Shown here in pieces: positions 11,635 through 24,956 of a stretch of 64,000 bases of DNA. The DNA is from Eledone cirrhosa. Lineage: Eukaryota. The notes below the pieces were generated by a model, which made no database searches, had not been told where the DNA came from, and saw only the letters and a program-made list of their open reading frames with translations. Numbering within the stretch: position 1 is the stretch's first letter; each line of letters opens with the position of its first letter. The stretch is from positions 1 to 64,000 of the forward strand of contig CAXHJY010000130.1 in the NCBI GenBank assembly GCA_964016885.1, in the 5' to 3' direction. Both the position numbers and the translations under genes were made by a program.

Positions 11635-14602
11635 TTGTCTTTAATCTTCCGGTGTTTACTCCCCCCTCCTTACGTTTTTCTGTTTCTTTTTCCCTTCCCC
11701 GTCTCTGCCTATCCTTCGCACTCACCCCTTCGTTCACTCCACCCCGCTTCACCCCCCCCCCTCCCCGCCCTCTCATCCCTCCCCCTGCTTTCACCCAACG
11801 CCCATCATGCCCAACCTGAGATCCTTTCTCCACCAACTCCACAATCGCCTCAAACTTTTCCTCACCCCCCCCTCCTTCCACCCTGCTATCTCCCCTCCGC
11901 CCTTCAACTCTCCTACCTTCTCTTCGCCAAAACCCGGCACTCCAGCCACATCCATTTCCTCAGCCACTGCCTCCGCCTCCACCTTATCCCCCTCGGCTTC
12001 CGTCTACACTTCCACCCCTCCCCCGCTGCTTCCCCCTCCACGCAACGTATCCTCACCCGATCCTCACGCCTTCTGATGCGCAACTCCATCCGCGCCTCCC
12101 GTTCCACCCTCCGCCTACTTGACCACCAACTGACCCCCACCCTCCTCCGCCTTTACTCCACCTGCCACCCCCTCCTCGCCCAAGCCATCCTCTCCTTCAT
12201 CCACAACCTCAACCACAACCTCTTCTCGTTCCTCAGCTCCACCAAAGCCCGCAAGCTACACTCCCCCCCATCCACCACCACCCGCCCATCCCCATACGCC
12301 CACCACTCTCCACCTCTCCCCCGACCCACACCCCGACCCACACCCCTACCCAATCTCCACCCTCCACCTCACCCCTCACCACACCCTCCCTTCCCTCCCC
12401 AAACACCCAAACCCCACCCCTTGTTGTCACCATACCCCCTGACCTCCCCCTCTCCGCACCTGAGCGCTCACTCCTTAGTAGAGGCCTTCGCTTCATACCC
12501 CACACTCCGCTCAGCGACGAGTTCCGCACCCGAACGGAAGTCGAGCGATTCGTGCGACGCACTAAACTATAGGCACATTTCAGCCGAACGCCAACGGCTC
12601 CGGACGCCCCAGACCCGTTTCTCGCCCTGGGCCGACGACCATCTTCTTGGACGCCGGCCCCAGGGCAATAAAGCACCCTGGACGCCTTCGTCGATGCCAG
12701 CCGTAGTGCAGTAAATCGTTTCGACTTCCGCCACCGTTCCAAACGGCACAACATCTCACGGGGCGAACTCCTCGCTCTCCCCTCGCTCCGTAGCCGAGAT
12801 GACATCGTCATCAAACCGGCGGACAAGGGAGGCGCTGTGGTGGTATGGCGCGCGGACCTCTACACGGCCGAAGCCCTCAGGCAGCTCTGTAACCCCCTCT
12901 TTTACCGCCCTCTACCCTCCGATCCCACCCCCTCTACCAACAACAAGTCTCCTCCACCATCAAAGACCTTATCGCCTCCTCCCTCCTCCCCCCCCACCGC
13001 TTCCCACCTCATCGTCAGCACCCCCCGCACCCCCACCATCTACTTCCTCCCCAAACTCCACAAACCCGACAACCCCGGCTGCCCCATCGTCTCCGCTTGC
13101 AACTGCCCCACCGAACTCATCTCCGCCTTTCTCGACTCCCTCCTCGCCCCCCCTTGTCACCACCCTCCCCTCCCACATCTCCGACACCAACCACGCCCTG
13201 CGCCTTTTCGACTCCTTCACCTACCTACCTGGCCCTCAGCCATTCCTCTTCACCCTAGACATCAAGTCCCTCTATACCGTCATCCCCCACGCCGACGGCC
13301 TTCGCGCCCTCAAACACTACCTCGACCTTCGCCCCTCCCCCATTCCCTCCACCCCCACCCTCCTTCGCCTCGCCGAGCTGGTCCTCACCCTAAATTGTTT
13401 CTCCTTCTCGGGTGAGTTTTACCAACAGGTCACGGAGGTAGCCATGGGCACAAGAATGGGCCCGAACTATGCCAACCTTTTTGTTGGCCATGTTGAGGCC
13501 CAAATCTTTGCCCAGTACACCGGCCCCACGCCCGAACTGTACGGTCGTTATATTGACGACTGTATCGGAGCCACGACCCTCACCCGAGTACAGCTCGACT
13601 CCTTTCTCTCCTTCTTCTGCTCCTTCCACCCCTCCCTCCACTTCACCACCTCTATCTCCACCACCCATGTCCACTTCTTAGACATCTCCGTCGCCTTCGA
13701 CCCCTCCCACCACTCCCTCGTCACCTCCGCCTTCTTCAAACCCACCGACTTCCACTCTTACCTCGACTTCACCTCTTCCCACCCCCCACACTAAACTCTC
13801 CATTCCCTACTCCCAACTTCTCAGGATCCGCCGCCTCTGTAGCCGAGATGCTGACTTCGAGTCCCAGGCCCTTTCCCTAGTCAGCCATTTCATCCGCAGG
13901 GGTTACCCCCCCTCTCTCGTCTACACCGCTCTCACCCGCGCCCGTGCTATCCCCCGCTCCACCACCCTCACCCCACGCCACCGCACACCCACCCACCGTC
14001 TCCCCTTTCCCATCACCTACCACCCCTCCACCTTACCCCTCCACCGCACCATCCGCCGCCTCTTCCGACGCCTCCAGTCCGACCCCTCCACCTCCCACAT
14101 CTTCCCAACCCCACCACTCCCCTCCTTCAAACGCGCACGCAATCTCCGCACCCTCCTCGTCCACAGCTCCCCCCCCAACCCCCCCGGTTCCTTCCCCTGT
14201 TCTAGGCCCCGCTGCAACACCTGTCCCCACATCACCAACACCACCACCTTCCAGGGTCCCAACGGCCACTCTCTCTCGGTCCGGCATGCCTTCCGCTGCA
14301 CCTCCTCCAACCTAGTCTACGGACTTCGTTGCACGGAGTGCAGCGCGACTTATGTCGGTCAGACGGGACGTCGCCTGGCGGACCGAGTCACGGAGCACCT
14401 CCGGGATATTCGTCTCGGGGGCAGTTCCCCCATCGCCCGCCACTTTGGTGGCCCTGGACACTCCGCACGCCATCTCACAGTCTGTGGCCTACTCCAATGC
14501 CACGGAACACCCGCCCATCGCCTTACGGTCGAACAACGCACTATCTTCATCTTACAGACCCACACTCCCCCCGGCCTGAACTCCCCACCCTTATTCCTTT
14601 AG
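11635..14602 (+). pseudogene. PLE reverse transcriptase-GIY-YIG endonuclease ORF, several frameshifts and stops
   Basis: HIHFLSHCLRLHLIPLGF, IKPADKGGAVVVW, LDIKSLYTVIP, MGTRMGPNYANLFVG, YIDD, SIPYSQLLRIRRLCS, NLVYGLRCTECSATYVGQTGRRLADRVTEH. Confidence 0.9.
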
Positions 14603-15888
14603 CGTTCGTCCGCCCCCCTCCCCCCACACTTATCCCCCACTAACACCAGTAACACACCCCTCCTTTTCACCGCCCACCCCACACTAACAATACTAACAAC
14701 TCCACTCCACCCCTCATCTGACCACCCTTCCCCAACTAACATACTAACATGCCCTCCCTCCCCTCTTCTCCTCCTCCCCCCTCCTTATCACACGCACACA
14801 CGCACCCACTTACACCACCCACCCCACACGCAACTAACATCACTAACACCCCCAACCCCACGCACACGTACCCACACACCCTCGTACACCACCAACTCTA
14901 CACACCCTACCACCACTAACCCCCACTCACACCTGCATTCCACCCCTCCCCACCTCCCGTATACTAACACCCACTAACACCTCTTCACCAAACTACACAC
15001 ACACCAGTACACCACACTCCCTCCATAGAACCACACACACCCTTCTCTCCCCGCTCCACACTCACTCATCCCACTAACACCCCTACTAATACACACACAC
15101 ACACACACACACACCCTCCTCACTCCAACTCTCACACCTACCCATCCTCGCCTCCCTGCCATTCCGCCGACTGCTGCTATGCCCTTCCGACCACCTCTCA
15201 GCACCAACTGACCACAGCACTCCCACTGCTGACCACTTCACACGCCACCTACACCCACAACACGCTTAAACCACACACACGTGCTTCCCACCACATATTT
15301 ACACCCTCAGCCTCCTGATTCCTCTCCCCCCATCCCCCTACCCACACACGCGCAGACACTCCGACTCACAAAAACACCCCCCACACACACCTTCCTGAAC
15401 ATGCAACCCCGTTCTTCCCCCAACCCTCACTTTCACATACACACACACACACACACACCTAACCACACACACCACCTTCAGCCCTCCCCGCTCGGACACC
15501 CCGTCTCCCTCTCCCCACTCCACCCGCCTCCACCTCTACTCACCCCACACCCTCCCACCACCTGTTTACCCCCCTTTTAATTTCAGTTTATTTTGATCAT
15601 GCCTTTATTTTTAAATGTTCTCATTCCTTGTAATTTGATCATGCTTTATTTTTATTTATTATATTTTTTGTCTTTATTTGTTAATTTTTCATTCGCACCG
15701 TTTCCTTTCGCTATATGTCTCTCCACCACTCCCCTACACACCTTTTGAACTCTGTTCCCACACACTTCTCACCTGAAGAAGGGCTTATGCCCGAAACGTC
15801 GTCCCCCACCTACCCCCCACTCTCCTGAGCGTGAATTTAATAAACATTTATTGTACTGCCTCTCTGTTCTGTCCCTGTTCAATTTTTC

Positions 15889-15952
<64 letters not shown>

Positions 15953-15977
15953 TATATATACATATATATATATGTAC

Positions 15978-16053
<76 letters not shown>

Positions 16054-16081
16054 ATGCATATATATATGTGTGTGTATGTAT

Positions 16082-16720
16082 AGACAACCATAGCCTGCGA
16101 ATCGGCGTTTCCCTGAGGCTCGGCCTCCGGATCTGCCAGGCACACTAATGTCGCTGCGGTTCCACCGTGGACTCTTTCGGCCTCCACCCGCTTTCCTGTC
16201 GCCACAGTGCCGGCCGCATTCCACGCCTTACTGCCCTCAACGAGGTCATTAAGCATGGCTTGGACGCTGCAGGCTCCCCTTCCCAGCTCGAGCCGGTGGG
16301 GCTGGATCGAGGGGATGGCAAAAGGCCAGATGGCATGACCATCTTCCCGTTCCGCGGTGGCAAACCCCTCGTCTGGGATGCCACTTGTACCGACACTTTC
16401 TGCAGCTGCAACCTGGTGCAGTCTGCGACTGACCCAGGTTCTGCTGCACGTCGGGCTGAGGGGGCCAAACTCCTCAATTACCGATCGCTCTCCGATAGGT
16501 TTGCGATCGTTCCCCTGGCAGTGGAAACATCTGGTGTCCTCGGCCCCAGGGCTACCTCCTTACTCACCACCATAGGCGCTGAGCTGGCTAGCCGTAGGTG
16601 TGAGCCCCGCGAGTTTGAGTGGCTTTTACAGCGCGCCTCCCTTGCCGTCCTCCGGGGAAATCCTTTCTCCATTCTGTCCGCCGGGACTGTGGGTGGGCCC
16701 CATCGCGTACCATTAGTTAA
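16082..16720 (+). mobile_element. 5'-truncated CRE-like non-LTR retrotransposon (zinc knuckle + restriction-like endonuclease)
   Basis: CRCG...HPLSC...RPDG...WDATCTDT...[11 protein letters not shown]...VLRGN. Begins in a TA/TG microsatellite. Confidence 0.8.
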
Positions 16721-16868
16721 ATACCATTCTTTCGTTTGAAAAACAATTATATATATACTATTTAGATTTACATATATATATATATGTGTGTTTGTGTGTA
16801 TATACATATATTTTTATATGTATATTTATATGTATATATGTGTATATCTATATATGTGTGTATGTGTT

Positions 16869-16933
<65 letters not shown>

Positions 16934-17029
16934 ATATATGTATGTGTATATGTATATATGTGTATATTTATATGTGTATATATCTATCTATATATAAGTA
17001 TATATGTTTATATATATGTGTGTGCGTGT

Positions 17030-17297
17030 GAATGTAGCGAAGATAATACGTCAGCAATGACGTGTTCGTCAGAATGTCGTTATGCAGACAGCAGACATAC
17101 AGACAGATATTATAACGGCTTGACGGAGATGGATAACCGGCGCCTAAGACCCCTTTAACAACAGAAAATTGTATCTTTAGACCGCAAGGAATATATAAAT
17201 GCAAGTTTGAAGTCAATCGGAGTAGAAATGTGGATTTGTATAGACTTAGCAAAAATGAGGACACACACACAGACAACAACAGCTTTATATATATAGT
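17030..17297 (-). mobile_element. Non-autonomous Helitron-like fragment (5' end)
   Basis: Minus strand starts ctatatatataaagctgttgttgtctgtgtgtg, the same layout as the Helitron starts at 1787 and 6679. Confidence 0.45.
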
Positions 17298-17617
17298 TGT
17301 AGGGTGCAAGCTAAATGCGTCCGTAGGCGGGATGCCGGTTGAGCACTCGATGCTAGCGCAGAGCAGAGTATAATATTATAAAGAACGAAGATTCAGTGTT
17401 GCATCATATCACATTTATTAACATATTACATAGAGTTTTCAAGGATGGTTAAAGAAGATTAGTCCAGCCCCTTTTTGTGGAACACTTCAAAAGGCATGCT
17501 TTCTGGGAACAACAAGAAACCTCCGATACGTCCTGAATATCCGAGGCTGCAGGTAGCGGCTTGATATTCATTTGAACAAACTTTCCAGTTAAATAACATC
17601 AATGACTGAGACTCAAA

Positions 17618-17651
<34 letters not shown>

Positions 17652-17657
17652 TATAAT

Positions 17658-17848
17658 AATTGTTTCTACGTTAGGCACAAGGCCAGCAATTACCCAGTGT
17701 ATTACTGGTACTTTATTTTATCGACCCCGTAAGGATGAAAGGCAAAGTTAACCTCGGCGGGATTTGAACTCAGAATGGCAAGGGCTGTAACTCTATGCGT
17801 CAAAGCATGGCATCCGACCCTCTACCAATACTGCCAATCCACCGCCCT
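17658..17848 (-). mobile_element. tRNA-derived SINE (octopus-type)
   Basis: Minus strand A box TGGCAGTATTGG, B box GAGTTCAAATCC, body ctttgcctttcatccttacggggtcgataaaataaagtaccag, (ATT)n tail. Confidence 0.85.
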
Positions 17849-18146
17849 TAATAATAATAATAATAATAATGATTTCATTTATTAGCCACAAGGGCCGACA
17901 TGTAGGGGACAATACAAAGACAGGGACAGTAGGGGTTTACAATAAGGTCGAGTAAAAGTGCACAATGGCAAGACTAATTTAACAATGAAAATATAAAATA
18001 TAAAATAAACTATGCAAAATATAACAAAATAAATTCCCCGATAGGGGGTGGACGACCCTGGGGTGATTCGGGTACCCCACCAATCCTGAACCACCCTGCG
18101 CTTCTAGGGCACCCAGGAGAGCACCCCTCTCCTCAAGTTAGCTAGC

Positions 18147-21100
18147 CTATAGGCGCATGGTCAGAGTAGGCCCATTCACACGAGCCATTCTTGCCACATT
18201 CACCAACCTTTTAGCAAATGTACTGGGGGGCAGCACTTCTCTCTCCACCCTCACCCTCCTTTCCAGGTGAAACTTGAAGAAGTTGATGAGGGATTGGCCG
18301 AAGAGAAAAGTGTCTGTCTTTAGTCCTTTCAACCTGGTCCACCATATAATCTCTTTCGCAACTGCCACCAGACAGAGGAAAATGTCCTGCTCTTCCTGAC
18401 CTAAGGAAGGTGGCGGCTCGATCTTCACTATGGACTCGGCCGATAACTGGATTCGTTCCACACGCGACAGTAGCTGTTCGACATAACTCCACAAGTCAGT
18501 AATGCACGCACATTGGACAAGTGCGTGCAGAACGGTTTCGTCGTTCTGTGCGCATCTTGGGCAGGTCCGTCTGACAGCACTTCCGTGCCTGTAGAGTTTA
18601 TCCCGAACCGGCAGTGCCCCCCGGTAGCACTGCCAAGCGAGGGATTTCTGCAAATTGTCCATCGTCCCCGGCTCAAAAGTCCTCCGGTACAGACTGGTCA
18701 GTTCGACTTCGTCGAGGCCCAAAGCTTCTCCGAGTGCGTCATCGCACTTGCCCACCACTAATCCTCTATAAAACTCGAGAGTGGAAGTTCCACTGATCGC
18801 ATTGCCCGCTTGGTAGAGGGCAGCGAGTGCCTGGCAACATTCCAGGTGCCAGTCACCCAGTCTCGGTCTCTTCTTGACCCAGGACTGCAGCTCAGTCAAA
18901 GAAATGAGCTGCGGAAAGGCCCGTCTGATAAACGGCGACCACACCTGTTCACCATTGAGGCAGAATATCTGGAGATGTCGCAGCCTCAACGCATGTCTGC
19001 GCATCATTAGCCACGGCATGCCCAGCCCTCCGTGTAGAGGGTGCTGGCAGCAGATGGACCGCCTCACCAACGGAACTTGTCCCCTCCACAAGAATTTGAA
19101 GAGGAGCCGTTCCAACTTGACGAGGCGCGGACGGGGGCAAGGCACGACGGTTAGGCGGTAATAGATGACGGACGCGATGTACGCATTCGCCACCTCCGCG
19201 CGACCTTTCAGTGATAGCTTCCTCCCAGCCCATTTTTGGGTGAGACTGGCTACTCTGCTCGTTACCTCGTCCCAATTCTTTTCCACCTGGAGGTCTGGTC
19301 CGAACCAAACCCCGAGCAACTTTACTGGTCCGTCCGTCCAGCGCCCCACGACGCTGTTGGACGGCATGGGCTTGCCTCTCCAGGTTCCGAGCTGCAAGCC
19401 CACCGACTTTTCCGGGTTAAGTTTGGCTCCTGTCAACCTTTCATATTCTTTCAATAAGGTGCCGACCACCTCGATTTCTGAGGTGTTCGACACCATCACG
19501 GTGATGTCGTCCGCATAAGCCGACACCGCCTTTCCACGTCCCGGTTCGAGCGGGATGCCCTGCAACAGCTCCAGCTTCCGCAGTAAAGGCTCGAGAGTCA
19601 ATACGTACAGAAGGGAAGAGAGAGGGCACCCTTGACGGACCGATCGGGAGAGCCGAAATGGTTCCGAGAGGTGGCCATTAACTTTGACCACCGAGCGTGT
19701 GCCGCTGTGCATTGCAACGATCCAGCTTCTAAAGACAGGGCCGAAGCCAGCTGCTTTGAGGACAAACTCCAGATACCGATGGTCGACCCTATCGAATGCT
19801 TTCGATTGATCTAAATTGATCAGTGCCCCACCGAAGCCAGGTTTACACCCTACCCTCTCTATGATGTATCGCATGAGGTGGAGATTGTCGTGTATGGACC
19901 TGGCTGGGATTGCGCAAGTTTGCGCCTCCCCAACCAAATCCTCGACGACAAGCGCCAATCTCTTTGCTAACACCTTGGCCAAAATCTTAAACTCTGTGTT
20001 GAGCAGAGTTATGGGCCTGAAGTTGTCTAATGTATCCCTCTTGTTCTCGTCTTTCCTTATCAGCGTCACCACTCCCCTGCTCACAGAACTGGGAATACTC
20101 CCATTCTGCTGCCAGTTACAGTAGAGTGCTTCAAGGAGTTCGGAGAACAAGTCTGGCATATTTACGTAAAGCTCGTAGGGCAGGCCATCCAAGCCTGGTG
20201 ACTTGCGCCTCATGCAGCCGACAAGGGCGTCCTGAATTTCGGCTGAAGTAATCGGCCTTTCGCAGCGCTCAGCGTCGACCGTCGAGATGCGCGGCAAGCC
20301 GTCAAGGTAGGGACTGAAATCCGCTACTCTCTCTGACCCGCCACTCTCCCTGAACAACCGAGCAAAGTGCTGGCGAAAGGCCTCACACATCCGCTTGGAA
20401 TCGCTTATCTCGTGTCCGTCTCGGTCCGCCAAAGACCGAATTGTGGTTTTATTAACACGCTGCGCCTCCGCCACGCGGGCCCATCGAACAGCTTTAGTTC
20501 CCTCGTTTCTCAGCGCACGCGCCTTAGCTCTGACAATGCAACCTTCGTGTTTGGCATTGAAGAAATGGTCTAATGCCATTCTCACCGCTAGCACGTCAGT
20601 TGCGATGCCACTACAAATAGCCTCGTCTAACTTATCTACCAGCTCCCCCTCCTTTCTATTTTTCTCTAACGCTAGTTCTTTGCTGAACTCTATCGAAGTT
20701 ACTCTAATCTCTCTTTTGAGAGCCCCCCACCATCTGTTGTTGATGATCCCCCCCTGTCAACTTTTGCTTAACTAACTTATTGACTCGGTCCCTGTAAGCC
20801 TTACGTGCCGGAAATGACATGTTCAGCTTCCAGTAACCCGGTCCTAACCTACGCGTTTTATTTAGGTCGACCGTACAGATCACAAATTTGTGATCTGAAT
20901 AGGCGACCGTTTTAAAAAGTGGACAGCCCACACTATTTCTATCTATTTTCCTAATGAAGATTCTGTCTATATACGATCTAGATGACCCCATTCGGTTGGT
21001 CCATGTCCATACTGGCACATTGGGGAAATCTAGTCGATACCTGTCAGACAGTTGGAACTGGCTGAGTAGGTGCTTGAGGCTTTTGCACCCCCCGCTCCTA

Positions 21101-21570
21101 TCGGCTACTCCCACACAATCCCAGCGTGCGTCTAAGATGCCATTCCAGTCCCCCGCTAACAGTAAAGGGCGAGACGTACCCAGAAAGGTCTCCAGGCGCC
21201 TAAAGAAGTCAGGTCGTCTGGCCCCTGTAGGGGCGTAGGCGGCCAGAGGTCTAAAGGCACCACCTTCGCTACTGCTCACATCCAAGACCACCAACTTACC
21301 GTCCGGGTCCCGGAAGATCGACCTTACCTCGAGATCCAGTCCTTTCCTAAACAGCACTGCCACCCCACCCCCCATTCCCGGCCTGCTAACAGATGCGAAG
21401 ATCTGATAGTCGTCGAAAATGGGGGCTAGTGCACGCGTGTCGGAAATTCTGGTCTCGCTTACGGCAATCACATCCATTTCCAGCGACCGGAGGTCGTTGA
21501 GCAGGCGACCCTGCTTCCAGGGTGACCCCAGGCCGCGAACATTTAAACTTCCTACTCTTAATATGGCCAT
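18147..21570 (-). pseudogene. LINE ORF2 (APE endonuclease 20704-21570; RT and zf-RVT 18147-20700), one frameshift near 20750
   Basis: SLNVRGL, ET, GDWN, YIDRIF, SDH, GYWKLN; KSPGLDG, RPITLLN, DQSKAFDRVDH, RQGCPLS, YADD, CPRC...ETVLHALVQC. Confidence 0.92.
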
Positions 21571-21579
21571 ATTGGTAAG

Positions 21580-22496
21580 CTAAGAGAGAGAGAGGGAAGG
21601 TTTACTTACCTCCCGGGTCTTGTGAAGGTCGGGTGGTTCGACCTCCATGGTTGGTGGGGTTTCTTTTGGGAACCCCTTTAAAAGTCTTGATGTGGGTTTC
21701 ACATTCGGGTTTCCCACGTCTTGAGGAAAGCTCTCTCGAATTTCTTTGAAAGAATTGAGTGACATTCGGACCAGAAGCAAATCTTCTGGCACACAAAATG
21801 TGCTCATTTCAAAAATCTCCCCCTCTGTTTGAATGTCCTCGCTTCGCGCTAAGAGGGCCATCAGTTTATGGTTGGCCCTTCTGACAAGCACGAAGTTTTT
21901 AACATTTTGTTGGTGTGGTTTTATTTGTTTTCGTTTTGGTGAAGGTGGTGGCGATGGTTTTGGTGGTGTTGTTTCGGGTATGTCTATGTTTGTTGTAGGT
22001 GTGGTGTCTGCAATTTCAGGTATTTGTGTGTTTATTTGTACTTGTGTTTGTTTAGGTTGTTTGCGTTTCGGGGATTGTGGAGGTGGTGTCGATGTTGCTG
22101 ATGGTGCTGATGTTATTGGGGAAGTGTCTGCGTTAGTGGTGTCTGTATTTTTTGTTGTGTGTGTTTTTGTGTTTTGTAGGGGCTTTTTTTTGTGTGAGTT
22201 TTCTCTGTTTTTTTGCACTTTTGGGTTTTCCTTCATCTTCGCTGCTGGAAGACAAAGGGTCTGTGTCTGTGAGTGTCTCTGTGTCTGTGTGTGCGTTTAT
22301 TTTTTTTTTTGTCTATGTATATAGTTGGGGGGGGGGGGGTAGGGGGAGTGGGAGAGCTTTCCTCGTTTTCTCCTTGGATTGGTTTTGGTGTTGGTGGTGA
22401 TCCGGCTGCTTTTGATGTTGGTGTCCGTGTTTTTGTTGATGTTGTTTTTGGTGGTGGTGGTGGTGCAGCTTTCCGTGCTGACACTGGCGTTGGCAA
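21580..22496 (-). pseudogene. Low-complexity Pro/Thr/Lys-rich ORF1 C-terminal remnant of the LINE
   Basis: Lies directly upstream of ORF2 on the same strand with a 9-nt spacer. No recognisable domain. Confidence 0.55.
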
Positions 22497-22553
22497 TATA
22501 TATATATATATATATATGTATAGAAGTGGTTACACAACAGTTAGTTCACCATA

Positions 22554-22593
22554 CCGAGAACAATTGTTTCACCTTCGCGGATCTTCAGCTCGG
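22554..22593 (-). ncRNA. Type I minimal hammerhead ribozyme
   Basis: Exact reverse complement of 24356-24395. Confidence 0.8.
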
Positions 22594-24355
22594 GATGTGT
22601 ATGGTTATAAGAACAGGAAGGACAACCGTGCGAACGCGCATGCGCAGAAACACGGTTACTTCACACAGGCAATACTAGACTGCGTGCGGGAGATGTAAGG
22701 GAGATAACTGCGAAAGTCCGGAAAGTTTTTAGGTTGAAAATAAAATAAAAAAATTAAAAATAAAATTACAAAGAATCAGTCCGGAGCCTTGTAGTTATGC
22801 AATAGATGTTTGGTGACGTGTGAACAACGTGTGAAAAATTCACTTCTCGTGTTTAGGCAATCACTATCGCGTAATCTCTTTAGAATAGTTATTCGTTCGT
22901 CAATACATAAGCCACACGTCGGATTTCCCCTTGCGTATGGCTTGGACTTAGTGATGGCTTTCCATTGAATGAAGTAGCCTATACTTGAGTCCTTGAGGGA
23001 TCATACGTGACTCGCGAGTTTCGTGGATGAACGTCTGTCCAGGTAGCTGAAGGTAGACTGGTGGTTCAGGAAACGGTCCTTGAATCGCCCCCCCCCCCCC
23101 CCTGCCATGCCCACATAGGATTTGACCTCCTGTGGTTCGTTTGGTCGGTTGGAGGTGACCACAGCTTCATAGATTACAGCGTTGCATTGCTGTTGAAGGG
23201 GGCAAGCTTCAGGCTTACGGCAAGAGTACCCTGGTGGGGTGTTGCTCCTAGGGCTGCTGGTGATGTGGGCCTTCATGTTCTTAGCGCAGGAGTATCCTAG
23301 TTTAACTTTGTGTCGGTTAAAGATGGAGCGGTATTTATGACCTATGGGAAAGTGTCTATCTAAGAGGGCTAGAAATGTTTTTCCTACATTGGTTTTAACG
23401 TTGAGTGAGAAGGGAGGAGAGAACCAGATAGTTTGTCTATTGATGCGCTTACTTTTCTTAATGGTGTTGTTGCTAGTGGGCGAGTAGGTGATAGGTTGTG
23501 AGAAGCCGCTGTTAGCCAACGCCGTGTTATAGTAGGGTGCCGCCCTGTCAAAGATAGCCTTATTAGAGGAGAGGTTTGAGATTCTAGTACTGATATTCTT
23601 AACGAAGTTTCTAAAAACAGTGGGAGGGTGGCATGAGTCCTTGTGAATGTAATTAAGTTTCTCGTTTAGCTTATGGAAGGGTCTGTGGGTGTGTGTGCGA
23701 AGGTCTAAATTAATGTCTAAGAAATCTACGCTAGAGAGGTTGGTGGCTACTGTTATCGTAAGGCCTAACTCATTGAAGGTAGAGGTCGAGGTCGTGACCA
23801 CTTTTATGGCTCGATAAAGTCAGTCCATCGTCACGGTATATTCCCGTGTGGAAGTCCGGGAATCTAACACGTAATATGTCTAAGATAAAAAGGCCAACCA
23901 AGTCGCATACGTCAGCACTGTCAAACGATCCCACGGAGACGTCGAACAGGTCTGAAGATGTAGACTTCTTTGCCCAGGCTACTCCGACGTTGAAAAGGGG
24001 GGTTTTCCGGCAGTGAGCGATTATTTCCCTGTCTAAACCATCGACGGTGTTATAAGTGGTAGCGAAGTCCAACGCTTTGTTTAACAGGGTCTCTGAGATC
24101 GACGGGTAATAATCGACAATGTCAAACTGTGTGAACTTCGCATCTATTGCATAACTACAAGGCTCCGGACTGATTCTTTGTAATTTTATTTTTTATATTT
24201 TTATTTTATTTGCAACCTAAAAACTTTCCGGACTTTCGCAGTTATCTCCCTTACACCTCCCGCACGCAGTCTAGTATTGCCTGTATGAAGTGGCCGAGTT
24301 TCTGCGCATGCGCGTTCGTACGGTTGTCCTTCCTGTTCCTATAACCATACACATC

Positions 24356-24395
24356 CCGAGCTGAAGATCCGCGAAGGTGAAACAATTGTTCTCGG
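24356..24395 (+). ncRNA. Type I minimal hammerhead ribozyme
   Basis: ccgag-CTGAAGA-tcc-gcgaa-ggt-GAAAC-AATT-GTT-ctcgg. 5-bp stem I, palindromic loop III, GUU triplet. Confidence 0.8.
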
Positions 24396-24475
24396 TATGG
24401 TGAACTAACTGTTGTGTAACCACTTCTACCAAACTCGTGCTCTACCACTACGGATATTACCTTCCAGTGTTCCAC

Positions 24476-24573
<98 letters not shown>

Positions 24574-24883
24574 GGTAAACAGAAATAACAACACAATCGG
24601 TACAGTATATGGTTGGGATATATTAGGTTAACGCTTGATATAGCAGGAAGAGGGTTTTAACGATTCGGACGCTAGTCCTTCATCAGAAGAAAGAATGAGA
24701 AATAAGATAGATAGAGGGGACGGGCGGGTTTGAATTGGAAAAATGTTTTTAGATAAAAATAACAGGTCCCTTCGTGTTGACATCTCTTGCAAAACTGTTG
24801 GTGCTGGCGTTTTTTGTATGATTTATTCTTTTAGAAAAGCGGATGATTTTGTAAAAAAAGCTATAATTGTGCACGTGCGTAAG

Positions 24884-24956
<73 letters not shown>

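Larger units (their letters stand above)
10106..15892 (+). mobile_element. Full-length Penelope-like element (Neptune-like by inference) with direct pseudo-LTRs
   Basis: Direct repeats 10106-11377 and 14811-15892 flank a frameshifted RT + GIY-YIG ORF. The 3' end runs into (TA)n. Confidence 0.92.
17872..22496 (-). mobile_element. Tx1/L1-clade LINE (ORF1 remnant + ORF2), 5'-truncated at (TA)n
   Basis: APE endonuclease, RT and C-terminal zinc finger in order. The 3' end has AATAAA followed by (ATT)n. Confidence 0.9.
22519..24428 (-). mobile_element. 5'-truncated PLE (YRDD-type RT, C-terminal GIY-YIG) with inverted duplication of its 3' end
   Basis: FDVSVGSFDSADVCDLVGLFIL...GIYRDDGL, WFSPPFSLNVKTNVGK, CRKPEACPL...IYEAVV...YVGM. 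22519-22808 is inverted at 24140-24428. Confidence 0.9.

Noticed and set aside
15831-17158. Many ORFs of [12 protein letters not shown] or MYVC type here and elsewhere
   Set aside because: Translations of microsatellites.
17298-17430. TG...CA-bounded 133-bp segment resembling a solo LTR
   Set aside because: No TSD, PBS, PPT or second copy.
17770-17848. tRNA gene
   Set aside because: A and B boxes belong to a SINE head; no cloverleaf, and it is followed by SINE body and tail.
22980-24140. Selenoprotein-coding (Naiad-type) PLE
   Set aside because: The endonuclease is C-terminal, not N-terminal. Disruptions look like ordinary frameshifts or stops rather than UGA at Cys positions, and no SECIS was seen.
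24655-24692. Minus-strand CTGATGA-aGGAC-tagc-GTCC-GAAT
   Set aside because: A15.1 is mutated and there is no convincing stem I; a decayed PLE hammerhead remnant at best.
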